From: Candidatus Micrarchaeota archaeon
GTDB taxonomy: Archaea; Micrarchaeota; Micrarchaeia; Norongarragalinales; Norongarragalinaceae
DNA length: 64,000 nucleotides
Direction: 5' to 3'
Assembly (NCBI GenBank): GCA_016207165.1
Contig: JACQQD010000011.1
Location: 1 to 64,000, forward strand
The stretch's first letter is position 1. Each line of letters opens with the position of its first letter. The notes under the pieces are model-generated. The model saw nothing but the letters and a program-made list of their open reading frames with translations. It was not told the origin of the DNA and did no database searches. Position numbers and translations under genes: made by a program. Positions 9,601 through 19,245 of the stretch are shown here, one piece after another.

Positions 9601-10470
9601 TTAATACGACGCTTCAATGAAGGCGCCGACAACCAGAAGCAACACGGAAATGCCCAAAAGCACGAAGGAGACCTTGAACACGTGGCGGAACAAAACGGGC
9701 TTGGACAACCCGTTCTTCATGAGTTCCATGGAAAACAATCCGCCGGCGATGCTCGCCAAAAAGTACGCGCCCAACTCGAAGATGCCGTGAGGCAACAACA
9801 CCAAAAAACCCTGCACCACACCCAAAGGCCCAATGACCTGCATTTTCTTGCCGACCACGACCCCAATGATGGACGCGTTCCAAAGCAGCAAGTAAATCGA
9901 GCCGATGCCGTACACCAAACTGAACACCAACATCAACCCCAAAACCTGGAGGTTGTGCGTGAACAAAAACAAGAACAAGTCGCCGGACACGTCGCCCATG
10001 GGCGTGGTGACGCGGCCCTGGAGTACGGAGGACTGAATCAGATCGACTTCCCGCAATTGGTCGGCGAACAATTCCGACGAGCCCGGCACCGATTGGCCGA
10101 ACAACTGGAAGGGTTCCGGGGGAAGCACGGCAAACCAGAACGTGTACGCCAACGCGGCCCCCAAAAAGAAGAAGCCGAAGACTTCCAGCATGTCGGCGTG
10201 ATGCGTCCGAAGGTGCCCCAACACCGACGTCAGAGGAACGTGGTGGTTCTTGAACTCCTCCACTTCCTTTTCCTCGTCTTCCTCTTCTTCCAACAGCAGC
10301 CGCCAAACCACGGGAATCAACGGCACCATGGTAAAGACGATGATGGACCCCCGAATCGGTAAAAACAATTCCACCAAAACGCCAAACGAGACGAAAACGA
10401 AGGTGGCCAGAACCATGGCCCACGGGTCCCTGCGCACCTGGCTGGGCGAAACCAGAAAATCCAAGACCAT
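9601..10470 (-). CDS. SpoIIM/DUF95-like integral membrane protein
   Basis: Multiple TM helices; FTHN, WNA, LPHGIFE, GAFIE motifs. Confidence 0.82.
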   Translation of the reverse strand: MVLDFLVSPSQVRRDPWAMVLATFVFVSFGVLVELFLPIRGSIIVFTMVPLIPVVWRLLLEEEEDEEKEVEEFKNHHVPLTSVLGHLRTHHADMLEVFGFFFLGAALAYTFWFAVLPPEPFQLFGQSVPGSSELFADQLREVDLIQSSVLQGRVTTPMGDVSGDLFLFLFTHNLQVLGLMLVFSLVYGIGSIYLLLWNASIIGVVVGKKMQVIGPLGVVQGFLVLLPHGIFELGAYFLASIAGGLFSMELMKNGLSKPVLFRHVFKVSFVLLGISVLLLVVGAFIEASY

Positions 10471-10521
10471 GAAAAAGCATAGTGCGCCGAGCGCTTTAAA
10501 CCCGGCGGGTGCGCATGCCGC

Positions 10522-11550
10522 CTAAGCCCGCGAAAACCCGGCCAGCGTCTTCTGTTTCTCGCCCAACGATTCCAGAGGCTGGGCATCAAAGCCTCGTTTC
10601 CGAAGCTCAGACGCGAACTTGGCCGACGGGCCGTGCGTGCAAAACACTTTTTTGGGGTTGCACGCGGACACGAACTCAACCAGTCCCGGAAAATCGTTGT
10701 GGTCGCTCAAGCAAAACGCTTGGTCCACGCCAAAACCGTTCGTCAGCGACCAGCCGGTGGCCACGGAAAGAGACACCTTCCTTCCATACGCCCGGTATAG
10801 CCCCTCCGCCAAAAACGGCTTGACGTTGTGCATCGGCAGAACCGCGGCAAAACCGCCTTTGAGCGCCGACGGGTCGTTGCACGTATAATCCAACGCCACG
10901 CCGTGCCGCTGGTAGACTTCGTTGACGGCGGCAATGGATTGATCCACCACAGGACAAATCCCCGCCTCGTTGAGCGCGGAAACGACTTCTTGCGCTTTAC
11001 CCAACGCGTAAGCGCCAAACACCGCAATTCTTCCCATTGCGAGCTTTTCGTTCGCCCACCGCCCCATGTCGGCGTACACCTCGCTTCGATCCGGAAAAAC
11101 GTACTCGGGGGAACCGTACGTACACTCCAAAAGCAACGTGTCGCACTCTACGGGCTTGGCGGCTTTTTGCGTCAACGAGTCCTCCGACAAAAAGTCGCCC
11201 GTGTACAAGAACGACTCGCTTCCCTGAACGAAAAGCATGCGCGAACCCAGCACGTGGCCGGCATTCAAAAGCGTGAACCGCGCGGAGACGCCTTGGTGGA
11301 AAGACTGCGTTTTTTCGGGCACCGCTTTGCCGCGCGCCAAGAGCAAGTCCATGGTTTCCCTGCTTGAAAGCACCAATTCGGCGTTCCGAAGGGAACGGTA
11401 ATGGTCAAAGTGGGCGTGGGAAACGAACGCCTTGGAGCCTTTGGAATCCAGCGCGAAGCGGTCGCTGCCGCTTTGCACAAAGGCGTTGGGTGGGTCAAAC
11501 GCCAACATCCCACCCACTACACCCCCAATTGATTTAAACTCTTGGTTCAA
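10522..11550 (-). CDS. metallo-beta-lactamase/beta-CASP-like exonuclease
   Basis: SHAHFDH, AGHVLGS, YTGD, LECTYG, LSDH motifs. Confidence 0.88.
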   Translation of the reverse strand: MNQEFKSIGGVVGGMLAFDPPNAFVQSGSDRFALDSKGSKAFVSHAHFDHYRSLRNAELVLSSRETMDLLLARGKAVPEKTQSFHQGVSARFTLLNAGHVLGSRMLFVQGSESFLYTGDFLSEDSLTQKAAKPVECDTLLLECTYGSPEYVFPDRSEVYADMGRWANEKLAMGRIAVFGAYALGKAQEVVSALNEAGICPVVDQSIAAVNEVYQRHGVALDYTCNDPSALKGGFAAVLPMHNVKPFLAEGLYRAYGRKVSLSVATGWSLTNGFGVDQAFCLSDHNDFPGLVEFVSACNPKKVFCTHGPSAKFASELRKRGFDAQPLESLGEKQKTLAGFSRA

Positions 11551-12959
11551 ACCGGCCGCACCATGGCCAAACCCAGCACGAACACCAACGCCAAAAGCAG
11601 GCCGTCGTACCCACGGATGACGTCAAAAGAAAAACCGGGCGCTGATTCGACGTACACGGCGGCGGCACTGGATACGGGTGCAAAACCTTCCGAACCCAGA
11701 AACGAGACCGTCACCCGGTGAATGCCTGGTTCCGAAAAGGAAATTCGCTCCACTACCCAGCCCTCGTCATTGGTCACTGAATCCCACGCGGATTCGGGCG
11801 TCTGGATGCGCACCATGGCACCGGAAAGCGGACCTCCGGTCACGCGTTCAAGTCGGGCCAACACGTCCACCGATTCCCCGGGCCGGATGGCGTCGTGGGA
11901 AACGTTGACAGCCAACCGAGCCGCGTCAAAGGTTTCCATTCTGACGGCTTTGGAAGCCACGTGGCCGAATACGTCGCGGGCCTCAAAAACCACGTCGTGC
12001 GCGCCCAAAATCCGGGAAGAAAACACGTTTTGCTCCAGGGCGTACCCCCGTACATAGGATTCCGGCGAAAACACATGCGCCTTCAACGTCACGTCGGAAT
12101 CCGCGTCCAGCCGGTCATCCGCACGGGTTTCAACGTATTGGACACCCCGCGCATTTTCTTTGACGTCGAAAGCCAAGCGGTTCCACTCCGACACCCGCTT
12201 TCCGTCCAGCCTCGTCTCCACGTAGTAAACCGAGGCGTTGGACAACCAGTAAAAACGCATCCATGGAAGCAGAATGCTTCGCTTGAGGGTCCACGGAGCC
12301 AACAAAACGCCTTCGAAAACCGGGTTGACCACCGGCGAGGATACGACGTTGGATTTCCCGGAATACGGGTAGGAATCCACGCGATGCGAGTACTCCATGT
12401 AGGGAACCGTCCAGCAATACCAGGGCCCGCATTCCTCGCGGCATTTTTGCTCCTGAGTGCTCGTGGTGTAGTACAGCTTCAATTCCCCCTCCAGCCATGC
12501 CTGAAGAGGACTTTGGGCCGCGGCCAGTTCCTCGGCGTTAAACGGAGTGCGCAACGGGTTGGAAGGGTTTTGGATGGTTTTACGCACGCCGTCCAAATCA
12601 AAGTGGGCGGTAAACGTCGGAACCGCGCTGGAAAACACGGTCTGCGACTGGCTCGTCCCACAGCCATCAACTCGCCCCACCGGGGGAAAACGGGGGTACG
12701 CGTCGTACGACCAACCCCACACCCACGCCGGCACATCCACCGCGGACACGTTGCCGTCCACCGACGGAAACGGGGGATGCAGTTGAATGGAAAACAAAAG
12801 CAGGGGATTGGACGGCGCGGCATAGCCCCCCGTATCGACGCGGACACCTTGGAGAGATGAAGCCATGGCCAAGTTGTGCTGCGCCACGGCGTCATGAGGC
12901 GGCTGAACGACGGCCGAACACGCGCCCAACAACAAGGCCAAAAGCAAAACGCTACGCAC
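11547..12959 (-). CDS. membrane-anchored surface protein with Ig-like C-terminal domain
   Basis: N-terminal signal, beta-rich body, C-terminal TM helix; GTG start overlapping the upstream stop. Confidence 0.65.
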   Translation of the reverse strand: MRSVLLLALLLGACSAVVQPPHDAVAQHNLAMASSLQGVRVDTGGYAAPSNPLLLFSIQLHPPFPSVDGNVSAVDVPAWVWGWSYDAYPRFPPVGRVDGCGTSQSQTVFSSAVPTFTAHFDLDGVRKTIQNPSNPLRTPFNAEELAAAQSPLQAWLEGELKLYYTTSTQEQKCREECGPWYCWTVPYMEYSHRVDSYPYSGKSNVVSSPVVNPVFEGVLLAPWTLKRSILLPWMRFYWLSNASVYYVETRLDGKRVSEWNRLAFDVKENARGVQYVETRADDRLDADSDVTLKAHVFSPESYVRGYALEQNVFSSRILGAHDVVFEARDVFGHVASKAVRMETFDAARLAVNVSHDAIRPGESVDVLARLERVTGGPLSGAMVRIQTPESAWDSVTNDEGWVVERISFSEPGIHRVTVSFLGSEGFAPVSSAAAVYVESAPGFSFDVIRGYDGLLLALVFVLGLAMVRPV

Positions 12960-14901
12960 GAAGCAACCGCTCCAAATCCAAGAGAGAAAGCCAGTTGCCG
13001 CAACCCGCTTTGACGCGTTCGCGGGCGGCATCCAACCGGAAGACCAAAACCTTTTTACCTTTCCTCGCCCGGATGCCCTCGTTGACCCAAGAAATCAGCC
13101 AACCCGAGGTGACGAAAACGTCCAACAACCGCCTCCTGAAAAACGCCGCACGCAACCCCGACTCATCCGGATACCATGAACGACACGCTACCAGGCCTCC
13201 TCCATCCATGGCCAGTTGAGCGGATGCGCCAGCCACAGCCCTTGAAAGGCTCTCCGGAAGAACCACGGCGTGGGGGTCCCCCAAACCGCGCTCCAAATGC
13301 GTTTTCAGTTCAGCCAACCGCACCGGCATGCGCGTCCAACCAAAAACGCGGTTAACGTGCAGGACGGCATCCACCAAAAATCCGGCGTCCACCGTTTGCC
13401 GCAACGCGTGAAGCTTTTCCGGAGGATCCACGCGTACGAATTGACCCATCCGGCTTGAAAGCCCAAAGGCCACAGCAAAAAACGCCAAGGCCCCGACGCC
13501 CATCAAGCGATCCGGCCAAGAGGACAAAAAACCCGCCGTGGACTGGACGCGCGCATTCACGGCCACAGGCCCCACTTCAACGACATACGTCTTGCCGTCC
13601 CCATGAAAAGAAAGGTCCTCAAAACGGATTGCGCCGCCAGCATCCGTGTAAAACACCGAACCGTTCCAGTACACGGGCTGGCGGGCGTACGCCACGCCGT
13701 CCACCAAAACCATGGCCGAAATGCGCTTGGTGCCAGGGTCGGCTTTGGCGATGCGGACCTCCGGCGCTTGCACGTGGACCGCGGAATAGGAAGACGCCCC
13801 GCCGTCCGAAAACGAAATCAAAAAATCGCCGGACTTGTTGAACCCAATGCTCTTGGACAAAAGAAAAAGGCCGGACGAAACCTGGCCGAACTCCCGGGAT
13901 TCAAGCACGCGCCCGTCTTGAACCAGAGAATACGTGAACCGGGAGCCACGGGAACGGTTGGAGAAAAGCGATACGGAAAGCGATTCGTTGATCCACGCCA
14001 CAGCCGGATTCAGCACACGCAGATCCGAACGGTTCAAGGAAAAGTGCAGACGACGGGAAGCGTTTCCGCCATCCAGCCACACCAACGCGTGCGTGGCTGA
14101 AGTGGAAAACGGTTGCGAGAAAATCGTTTGCGGCAAAAAAAAGTTCCCCTCGAATTCCGTCAACGGGTCCTGCCACGACGCATTCAAAACAAAGTCCGCC
14201 ACGGCATCCCCCGCCGAAAAGCCTGAAGAAAAACCCCGGTCCAAAGGTCTGGGGTACGCCGCCAAGTAGCCCCCGTTTTTGAAGACCTGCCAAGAACCCC
14301 TGCGGTACGCCGAACCGTTTTTGGCCTCCAACCGGTACCCCGACAACGCGTCATCCGAAACAAAGTCCACGCCCAAGCCCTCTTTTTGGATCTCCCAATC
14401 CGGGTTGGCCGCCAAGCCTTTGGAGTCCCAAACATACGAAAAAGGAAGGCCCACGTGCACCACCACGCCCCCGCCTCGAATCCACTGAACCAAACCACCT
14501 GAAGAAATAAACTCGCGAGGAAACGCGGACGAAGCCACCACCAAAATCCCAGGCGTTAAGAGCGTAAGCCCGCGAAGCGGCACGCGCGACACGGAAACAT
14601 CCCACGAATCAAGGCGTTTTTCCAAGCGCTCCAAAAATTCGGGGAAAAACTGCTGGTCGGATTCCGACAATACGTACACTCGGCTTGGAACGGCATCCCG
14701 AAACAACGCCACCCGCACGCGGGCCCGGCCGCTTCCATCCACGAAGAAAAACGCCTTGGACGCGTTGCCCTCAAACCACGCCAGGCCAGCGTCTTGCACG
14801 GAAGCCGGAATACCCTCCGTGGATTCAACGACGTCCCCGTACAGAAAGTACACCGAAAACGATGCAACCGCCAAGGCGACCAACACGAAAAACCGCTTCA
14901 C
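12952..14901 (-). CDS. large membrane-anchored hypothetical protein
   Basis: N-terminal and internal TM helices; GGAGGTG SD before GTG, GTGA overlap with the ATPase stop. Confidence 0.65.
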   Translation of the reverse strand: MKRFFVLVALAVASFSVYFLYGDVVESTEGIPASVQDAGLAWFEGNASKAFFFVDGSGRARVRVALFRDAVPSRVYVLSESDQQFFPEFLERLEKRLDSWDVSVSRVPLRGLTLLTPGILVVASSAFPREFISSGGLVQWIRGGGVVVHVGLPFSYVWDSKGLAANPDWEIQKEGLGVDFVSDDALSGYRLEAKNGSAYRRGSWQVFKNGGYLAAYPRPLDRGFSSGFSAGDAVADFVLNASWQDPLTEFEGNFFLPQTIFSQPFSTSATHALVWLDGGNASRRLHFSLNRSDLRVLNPAVAWINESLSVSLFSNRSRGSRFTYSLVQDGRVLESREFGQVSSGLFLLSKSIGFNKSGDFLISFSDGGASSYSAVHVQAPEVRIAKADPGTKRISAMVLVDGVAYARQPVYWNGSVFYTDAGGAIRFEDLSFHGDGKTYVVEVGPVAVNARVQSTAGFLSSWPDRLMGVGALAFFAVAFGLSSRMGQFVRVDPPEKLHALRQTVDAGFLVDAVLHVNRVFGWTRMPVRLAELKTHLERGLGDPHAVVLPESLSRAVAGASAQLAMDGGGLVACRSWYPDESGLRAAFFRRRLLDVFVTSGWLISWVNEGIRARKGKKVLVFRLDAARERVKAGCGNWLSLLDLERLLRA

Positions 14902-16400
14902 GGCCGCACATCCACCTCCACCAACCGCGCTGATTTCGGCAGAAAAGACGCAAAAGAAGCGGCAAACGAGTCGGACACCTGTTCGTCGGAGAAACCGCAT
15001 TGCTTGAGGTGCCGGCGAACGGCGTCATCCGCCAAGCCCACATCGGAAAGCTTGGCCACCCACGACCCGGCATCCACCGCATTTGATTTTCCCGAAAGCC
15101 AGGCCTCCAACTCCAAAGCCTTGGAAGCGGAGACCCCCAATTTTTGCAGTTCCGAAAGAAACTTTTTCTTTTCAAACGAAAACGCCACGCTTTTCACCTC
15201 CAACGACACCCATTCCAACAACGCCTCGCCGTCCACCCGCTCCAAGAAAAACGCGTCACCCTGCGAAAAACCGGCCCACTGCAAGTTCACCGCGCAACAA
15301 CCCACCGGCAACAAGCCTATGCGCCGCCGAACCGCATCGGAAAACCCGAGGGTCTTCTGCAAATAGTCCAAGCTGTCCGAAAACGCGGTGCGAAACATGA
15401 ACAGCGACCCCACATTGGAAAAAATGGCGGAATGCACGTCCATGGGATTCTGGGAAGCGATGACCAAACCGAAGGCGTACTTCCGCCCCTCCCGAACGAT
15501 GGCCACCGGGTCGCCGTCTTCTCGGCAGATCTTCCAAGCCTCATCCAACACCACCCACCACTTCAAGCGCCGCCCCTCACCCGGCCCGCACGCCCGCATC
15601 TTCTCCGCAACGAACTGAAGCAACGACAGCCCCGCCAAGCTTCGAAAGGACTCCGACGGCAAGGCCGTCAAGTCCACGCACACCAAACCCGCTTCCAAGA
15701 GCTTTTCCAACGCAAACGAACTGGGCTTGGCGAAAAAATCGGATCCCCCTATGACCAGGGGGCGAAGCAGAAGCACCGCGTTTTCCATCTCGCGCTTGTC
15801 CCACGCCGACGCCCTCCTGGACTTCGCCTTCAGCCACGCCGACACGTCTTTGAGCGTCGGCGGCCTCTTGGAAAACTTCCGCATCGCATAACACTGTTCA
15901 ATGGCAAAACGCACCCACTGGCGTTCCCGAGCAAACTGGCCCAAGTCCGTCAACAACGCCAACGCCTCCACCACCTGACGCGTGCGCTGAGAAGGCGTCA
16001 TGCCTCCCAAATCCAGCAAGTTCAATGACGCCTCCCCCAACCGGATGACGTGACCCCCGGACTGCTTAACCCAAGAAGCGTACTCGCCGGACCAATCCAA
16101 AATCAAGGCATGAGTACCCCACACCAAATTCGAGCGCGTCAAAAACGACTTGACGAAAAAACTCTTGCCCGAACCCGTCATGCCCACCACCGCCACGTGC
16201 GGATTGGCCAAGTGAGCAAACGACCAGCAAAACGGCACGCCGAACGCCTTGGCTTTCGACACCCAGATGCCGTCCGTCGGATCCGAAAACAAGAGCCTTG
16301 ACGGCGGCTGGGACGGCCGGACAAACAAGGGCCTGGACCGAAGCGCTCCGGACAAAACGGGCCTGGACTCTGGAAACCCCAACCACGGCCACGCGTTCAT
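14898..16400 (-). CDS. VirB4/HerA-FtsK-family P-loop ATPase
   Basis: NPHVAVVGMTGSGKS Walker A, VVLDEAW Walker B, REGRKY..LVIASQ. Confidence 0.88.
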   Translation of the reverse strand: MNAWPWLGFPESRPVLSGALRSRPLFVRPSQPPSRLLFSDPTDGIWVSKAKAFGVPFCWSFAHLANPHVAVVGMTGSGKSFFVKSFLTRSNLVWGTHALILDWSGEYASWVKQSGGHVIRLGEASLNLLDLGGMTPSQRTRQVVEALALLTDLGQFARERQWVRFAIEQCYAMRKFSKRPPTLKDVSAWLKAKSRRASAWDKREMENAVLLLRPLVIGGSDFFAKPSSFALEKLLEAGLVCVDLTALPSESFRSLAGLSLLQFVAEKMRACGPGEGRRLKWWVVLDEAWKICREDGDPVAIVREGRKYAFGLVIASQNPMDVHSAIFSNVGSLFMFRTAFSDSLDYLQKTLGFSDAVRRRIGLLPVGCCAVNLQWAGFSQGDAFFLERVDGEALLEWVSLEVKSVAFSFEKKKFLSELQKLGVSASKALELEAWLSGKSNAVDAGSWVAKLSDVGLADDAVRRHLKQCGFSDEQVSDSFAASFASFLPKSARLVEVDVRP

Positions 16401-17185
16401 GAAACCCGCCCCAGAAACGATTCATGCGACACGGGTATAGCGGCTTTCCAGTCCAAGCACCGCTTGACTTCGTCCCCGCGAAGCAACCGCACCGGCGCGT
16501 TGAGCGCATTGGCCACCACGGCCTTCAATTCCCTTGCCTGCAAACGCACCCGCTCCGCGGCCTGGGCCTCCGAAAAACCCGAAGCCGTAGTCGAGACAAA
16601 GTACACCACGTCCAACGGCTTCTGCCCCTGCGCCAACTTGTCCAACAACCCCGAAAACATGGAGAGTTTCCGCTCCTCACGCGCCACCGCCGACACGTCG
16701 GGTTTCGGCGACTTCTTTAACCGGCTCAACAAAAGCTCCGACTCCAAGCGCTTGGTCAAAACCGATTCCCGGTACTTTTCCACGTCCAAGCCGAACACCA
16801 ATACGCTAAACTGCGCCGGAAACGTCAACGCCGACAGCGCCTGCTCAAACGACGCGGCATACGACGCCGTCTTCTCGGGCGAAGCAGACGACGGGCAATG
16901 CGACACGTCCACCTCCAAGAACGCGGACGACAAGAAACGGTCGCCATCCGGCAAAACGGCGACTTCGTCCAGCAACCGCCACGAACCCCGCGTCTCCACC
17001 ACATGCGCTTTCTTCAGAAACGCCGGAAGCAGCACATCGCCAAACCGCTGCACCGCCACCGCGAAGAAAAACAAGAGTGATGAAAAAACCAAGGCGACAA
17101 GGCTACCGGCGACCAGGGCCAACACCACGCACAGCCCTCCCCCTCCAAGGCACGCCAACAGCGCGTCCTTGGGCTTCAACTCCAT
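16397..17185 (-). CDS. membrane protein resembling VirB3/VirB4 N-terminal partner
   Basis: Two N-terminal TM helices, a coiled-coil, and position directly upstream of the ATPase. Confidence 0.6.
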   Translation of the reverse strand: MELKPKDALLACLGGGGLCVVLALVAGSLVALVFSSLLFFFAVAVQRFGDVLLPAFLKKAHVVETRGSWRLLDEVAVLPDGDRFLSSAFLEVDVSHCPSSASPEKTASYAASFEQALSALTFPAQFSVLVFGLDVEKYRESVLTKRLESELLLSRLKKSPKPDVSAVAREERKLSMFSGLLDKLAQGQKPLDVVYFVSTTASGFSEAQAAERVRLQARELKAVVANALNAPVRLLRGDEVKRCLDWKAAIPVSHESFLGRVS

Positions 17186-18120
17186 AACACGACCTCCGAC
17201 GCGAGCGCCTTATAGAGAGAGCGCACGAACAGGAACACGACTCCCAAATTGAACAACGGAAAAAACGTCGTCTGCACCACCAACTCGGCGACCAGCTTAG
17301 CCAAGTTGGACAACGCGTCCACGGCCTGGTTCCACAACGAATTCGCCGCCGACGTCAACAAACTGACCACGAAGTTGCCCAGCGACGCCGCATCCAAGAA
17401 ATTCAGGGTCTCCAAGGGAAACGCTTCGTTGAACTCTTTGAGCGACTCCGTGTACACGTCGATGGAGGACGCCATTTTTTCCATGGCCGCCGCGTTGAAT
17501 ACGAACGTCAACGGGAAAACGAAATACAGCCCCACAGCCAACGCCATCATGAACGCGCCCACCGGACGCGTCAAAGAAAAAGAGCGAAGCACCACGCCCA
17601 CGGGCAAAAAGTAGTACATCATGGTCGCTTGAATGAAAACCAGCAAGTAGATTTGAACCAGGTTCGTCAGCGACACGAACGACAACGCACTCAAAATGAA
17701 TTTGGCCTGGCCCAACTGGGCATCCAAGCCCGCCAACGGCCTGCCCGAAATCCCCACCCCCACCGGAGCGATGCTGACTTGCACGTCCTGCAACGCCGCC
17801 AACATCAACGTGAACACCGTCAACTGGGCAGAGGCCTGGGCAATGTTCTGGTTCACGCCATTGAGATACGTGCCCGCAAACACGATGGGCTCCTGGCCGC
17901 CGGCGAGGTCCGTGGAGAGCGACTGCAACGCCAGGGAACCGGCCAAAAGCCCGCCCACCAAAACACCGGAGACCACGACCTGCATGAACTCCGCCCGCGC
18001 CCACACACGCAACCGGCGGAGGTCAAACACGCTGGCAAAAGCAAACAGGACCCCAACAACCAAAAGACTCAACGTGACGGCGGAGACGGCCACCGGCTGC
18101 CAACCGGACACGAACTCCAT
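17176..18120 (-). CDS. polytopic membrane protein (VirB6/CedA-like)
   Basis: About six TM segments, LPVGVVLRSF..TRPVG motif, position between pilin and ATPase. Confidence 0.6.
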   Translation of the reverse strand: MEFVSGWQPVAVSAVTLSLLVVGVLFAFASVFDLRRLRVWARAEFMQVVVSGVLVGGLLAGSLALQSLSTDLAGGQEPIVFAGTYLNGVNQNIAQASAQLTVFTLMLAALQDVQVSIAPVGVGISGRPLAGLDAQLGQAKFILSALSFVSLTNLVQIYLLVFIQATMMYYFLPVGVVLRSFSLTRPVGAFMMALAVGLYFVFPLTFVFNAAAMEKMASSIDVYTESLKEFNEAFPLETLNFLDAASLGNFVVSLLTSAANSLWNQAVDALSNLAKLVAELVVQTTFFPLFNLGVVFLFVRSLYKALASEVVLWS

Positions 18121-18121
18121 G

Positions 18122-18361
18122 TCAGATGCCCGTCAACCACGACACCAGCGTCGGCGCCACGTTGCCCACGATCACGGCGATGGCGCCCCCTACGCCCACG
18201 CGCTGGGCCCATGACTTCATGCGCGCGTTCAATTCGTACGAGCCGGCCATCGCGCCAAAAGCGTACAAGCCTCCAGCCAACAAAATGGCGAACAACCCCA
18301 ACGTCGGCAGAACCGTCTGCAACAACGACACCAATTCCTGAATCTGCGTTTCCACGGCCAT
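18122..18361 (-). CDS. TrbC/VirB2-like pilin
   Basis: 79 aa, two hydrophobic helices separated by a short basic loop (ARMKSW); GAGGTG SD. Confidence 0.7.
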   Translation of the reverse strand: MAVETQIQELVSLLQTVLPTLGLFAILLAGGLYAFGAMAGSYELNARMKSWAQRVGVGGAIAVIVGNVAPTLVSWLTGI

Positions 18362-18399
18362 TCCAAGACCACCTCGGTCTTGGTCAGCCGAAAAGCCGT

Positions 18400-18429
18400 A
18401 AAAAACGTTGGGTGGAAAAAAAATCAACT
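18400..18429. repeat. 30-bp imperfect direct repeat, copy 1
   Basis: AAAAAACGTTGGGTGGAAAAAAAATCAACT; 28/30 identical to 19181-19210. Confidence 0.85.
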
Positions 18430-18475
18430 GATACATCCGGAACCTGTTTTTAGAAGAAAAAGAGGATGCGGAAAT

Positions 18476-18886
18476 TCAAAGCATGGCTGCGAGATCCTTG
18501 GTCTTAAATACGCGGACCAGGCGTTGCCGCTCAAAATGCCGGTCATCCGACCATATACCGTCCACCCTGACCGCTAAGGCCGCCGCCAAAAACGGCGAGT
18601 CCTTTGGATCAACTGCATCCAAAGCAGCGCGGGCGGCTCCCATGAATGGCTTTAACTCGGAGGCCTCCAGAAACAAAAGCCGAGAAAACATGAGTTCACG
18701 CAGGGCCTCAAAATCAGGTCGGGACAGCCCCGATTTTCGCCGCAGCTCTTGCTCATACTTAGACAACTCCGAGCGCATCAAGCCAATCGAGAAAAACCGA
18801 AACTTCTTCGAGAACAAAACCCGCCGCGAAAACGAATCGCGTAGAAGCGCCGCGATGAACCGGTTTGAATCAACGACGAGCCTCAT
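18476..18886 (-). CDS. PIN-domain (VapC-like) toxin
   Basis: VVDSN, DPKDSPFLAAAL, IWSDDRHF. Confidence 0.9.
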   Translation of the reverse strand: MRLVVDSNRFIAALLRDSFSRRVLFSKKFRFFSIGLMRSELSKYEQELRRKSGLSRPDFEALRELMFSRLLFLEASELKPFMGAARAALDAVDPKDSPFLAAALAVRVDGIWSDDRHFERQRLVRVFKTKDLAAML

Positions 18887-19101
18887 TCCAAACGCTTCCG
18901 GATGTCCGCCTTCAGCTTGTTGCCAATTCGCTCCACATCGGCCTCCGTCAGCGTGCTTTTCTCCAGCAACTGGTCCATCATGTCCAAGACCTCAATTTCC
19001 TTGGCAAACGCGCGGCGGGCGATCTCGCTCCATTTAATTTCCGAATGCGGCCGCATTTTCGCCAGCAAATCATCCGGAATCGACAACGTCATGTTACCCA
19101 T
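18883..19101 (-). CDS. RHH-type antitoxin
   Basis: NMTLSIPDDL...IKWSEIARRA; ATGA overlap with the PIN gene. Confidence 0.85.
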   Translation of the reverse strand: MGNMTLSIPDDLLAKMRPHSEIKWSEIARRAFAKEIEVLDMMDQLLEKSTLTEADVERIGNKLKADIRKRLE

Positions 19102-19122
19102 TTCAAACACCCTATATTTGAA

Positions 19123-19140
19123 TTACGTGTTTACACATAA
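19123..19140. promoter_or_regulatory. putative TA autoregulatory operator
   Basis: Inverted repeat TTACGTGT-TT-ACACATAA just upstream of the antitoxin. Confidence 0.55.
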
Positions 19141-19180
19141 ATACGTTTTGGGCGTTTGAGTGAAACGGGATTTGCAACGG

Positions 19181-19210
19181 AAAAAACGTTCGGTAGAAAA
19201 AAAATCAACT
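19181..19210. repeat. 30-bp imperfect direct repeat, copy 2
   Basis: AAAAAACGTTCGGTAGAAAAAAAATCAACT. Confidence 0.85.
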
Positions 19211-19245
19211 CGAATACAGGAAACGGCCCGGCCGAAGAAGAAAAA

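Noticed and set aside
11547-18361. Integrated conjugative element or provirus
   Set aside because: No relaxase, integrase, capsid or att pair; composition looks like the flanking core genes
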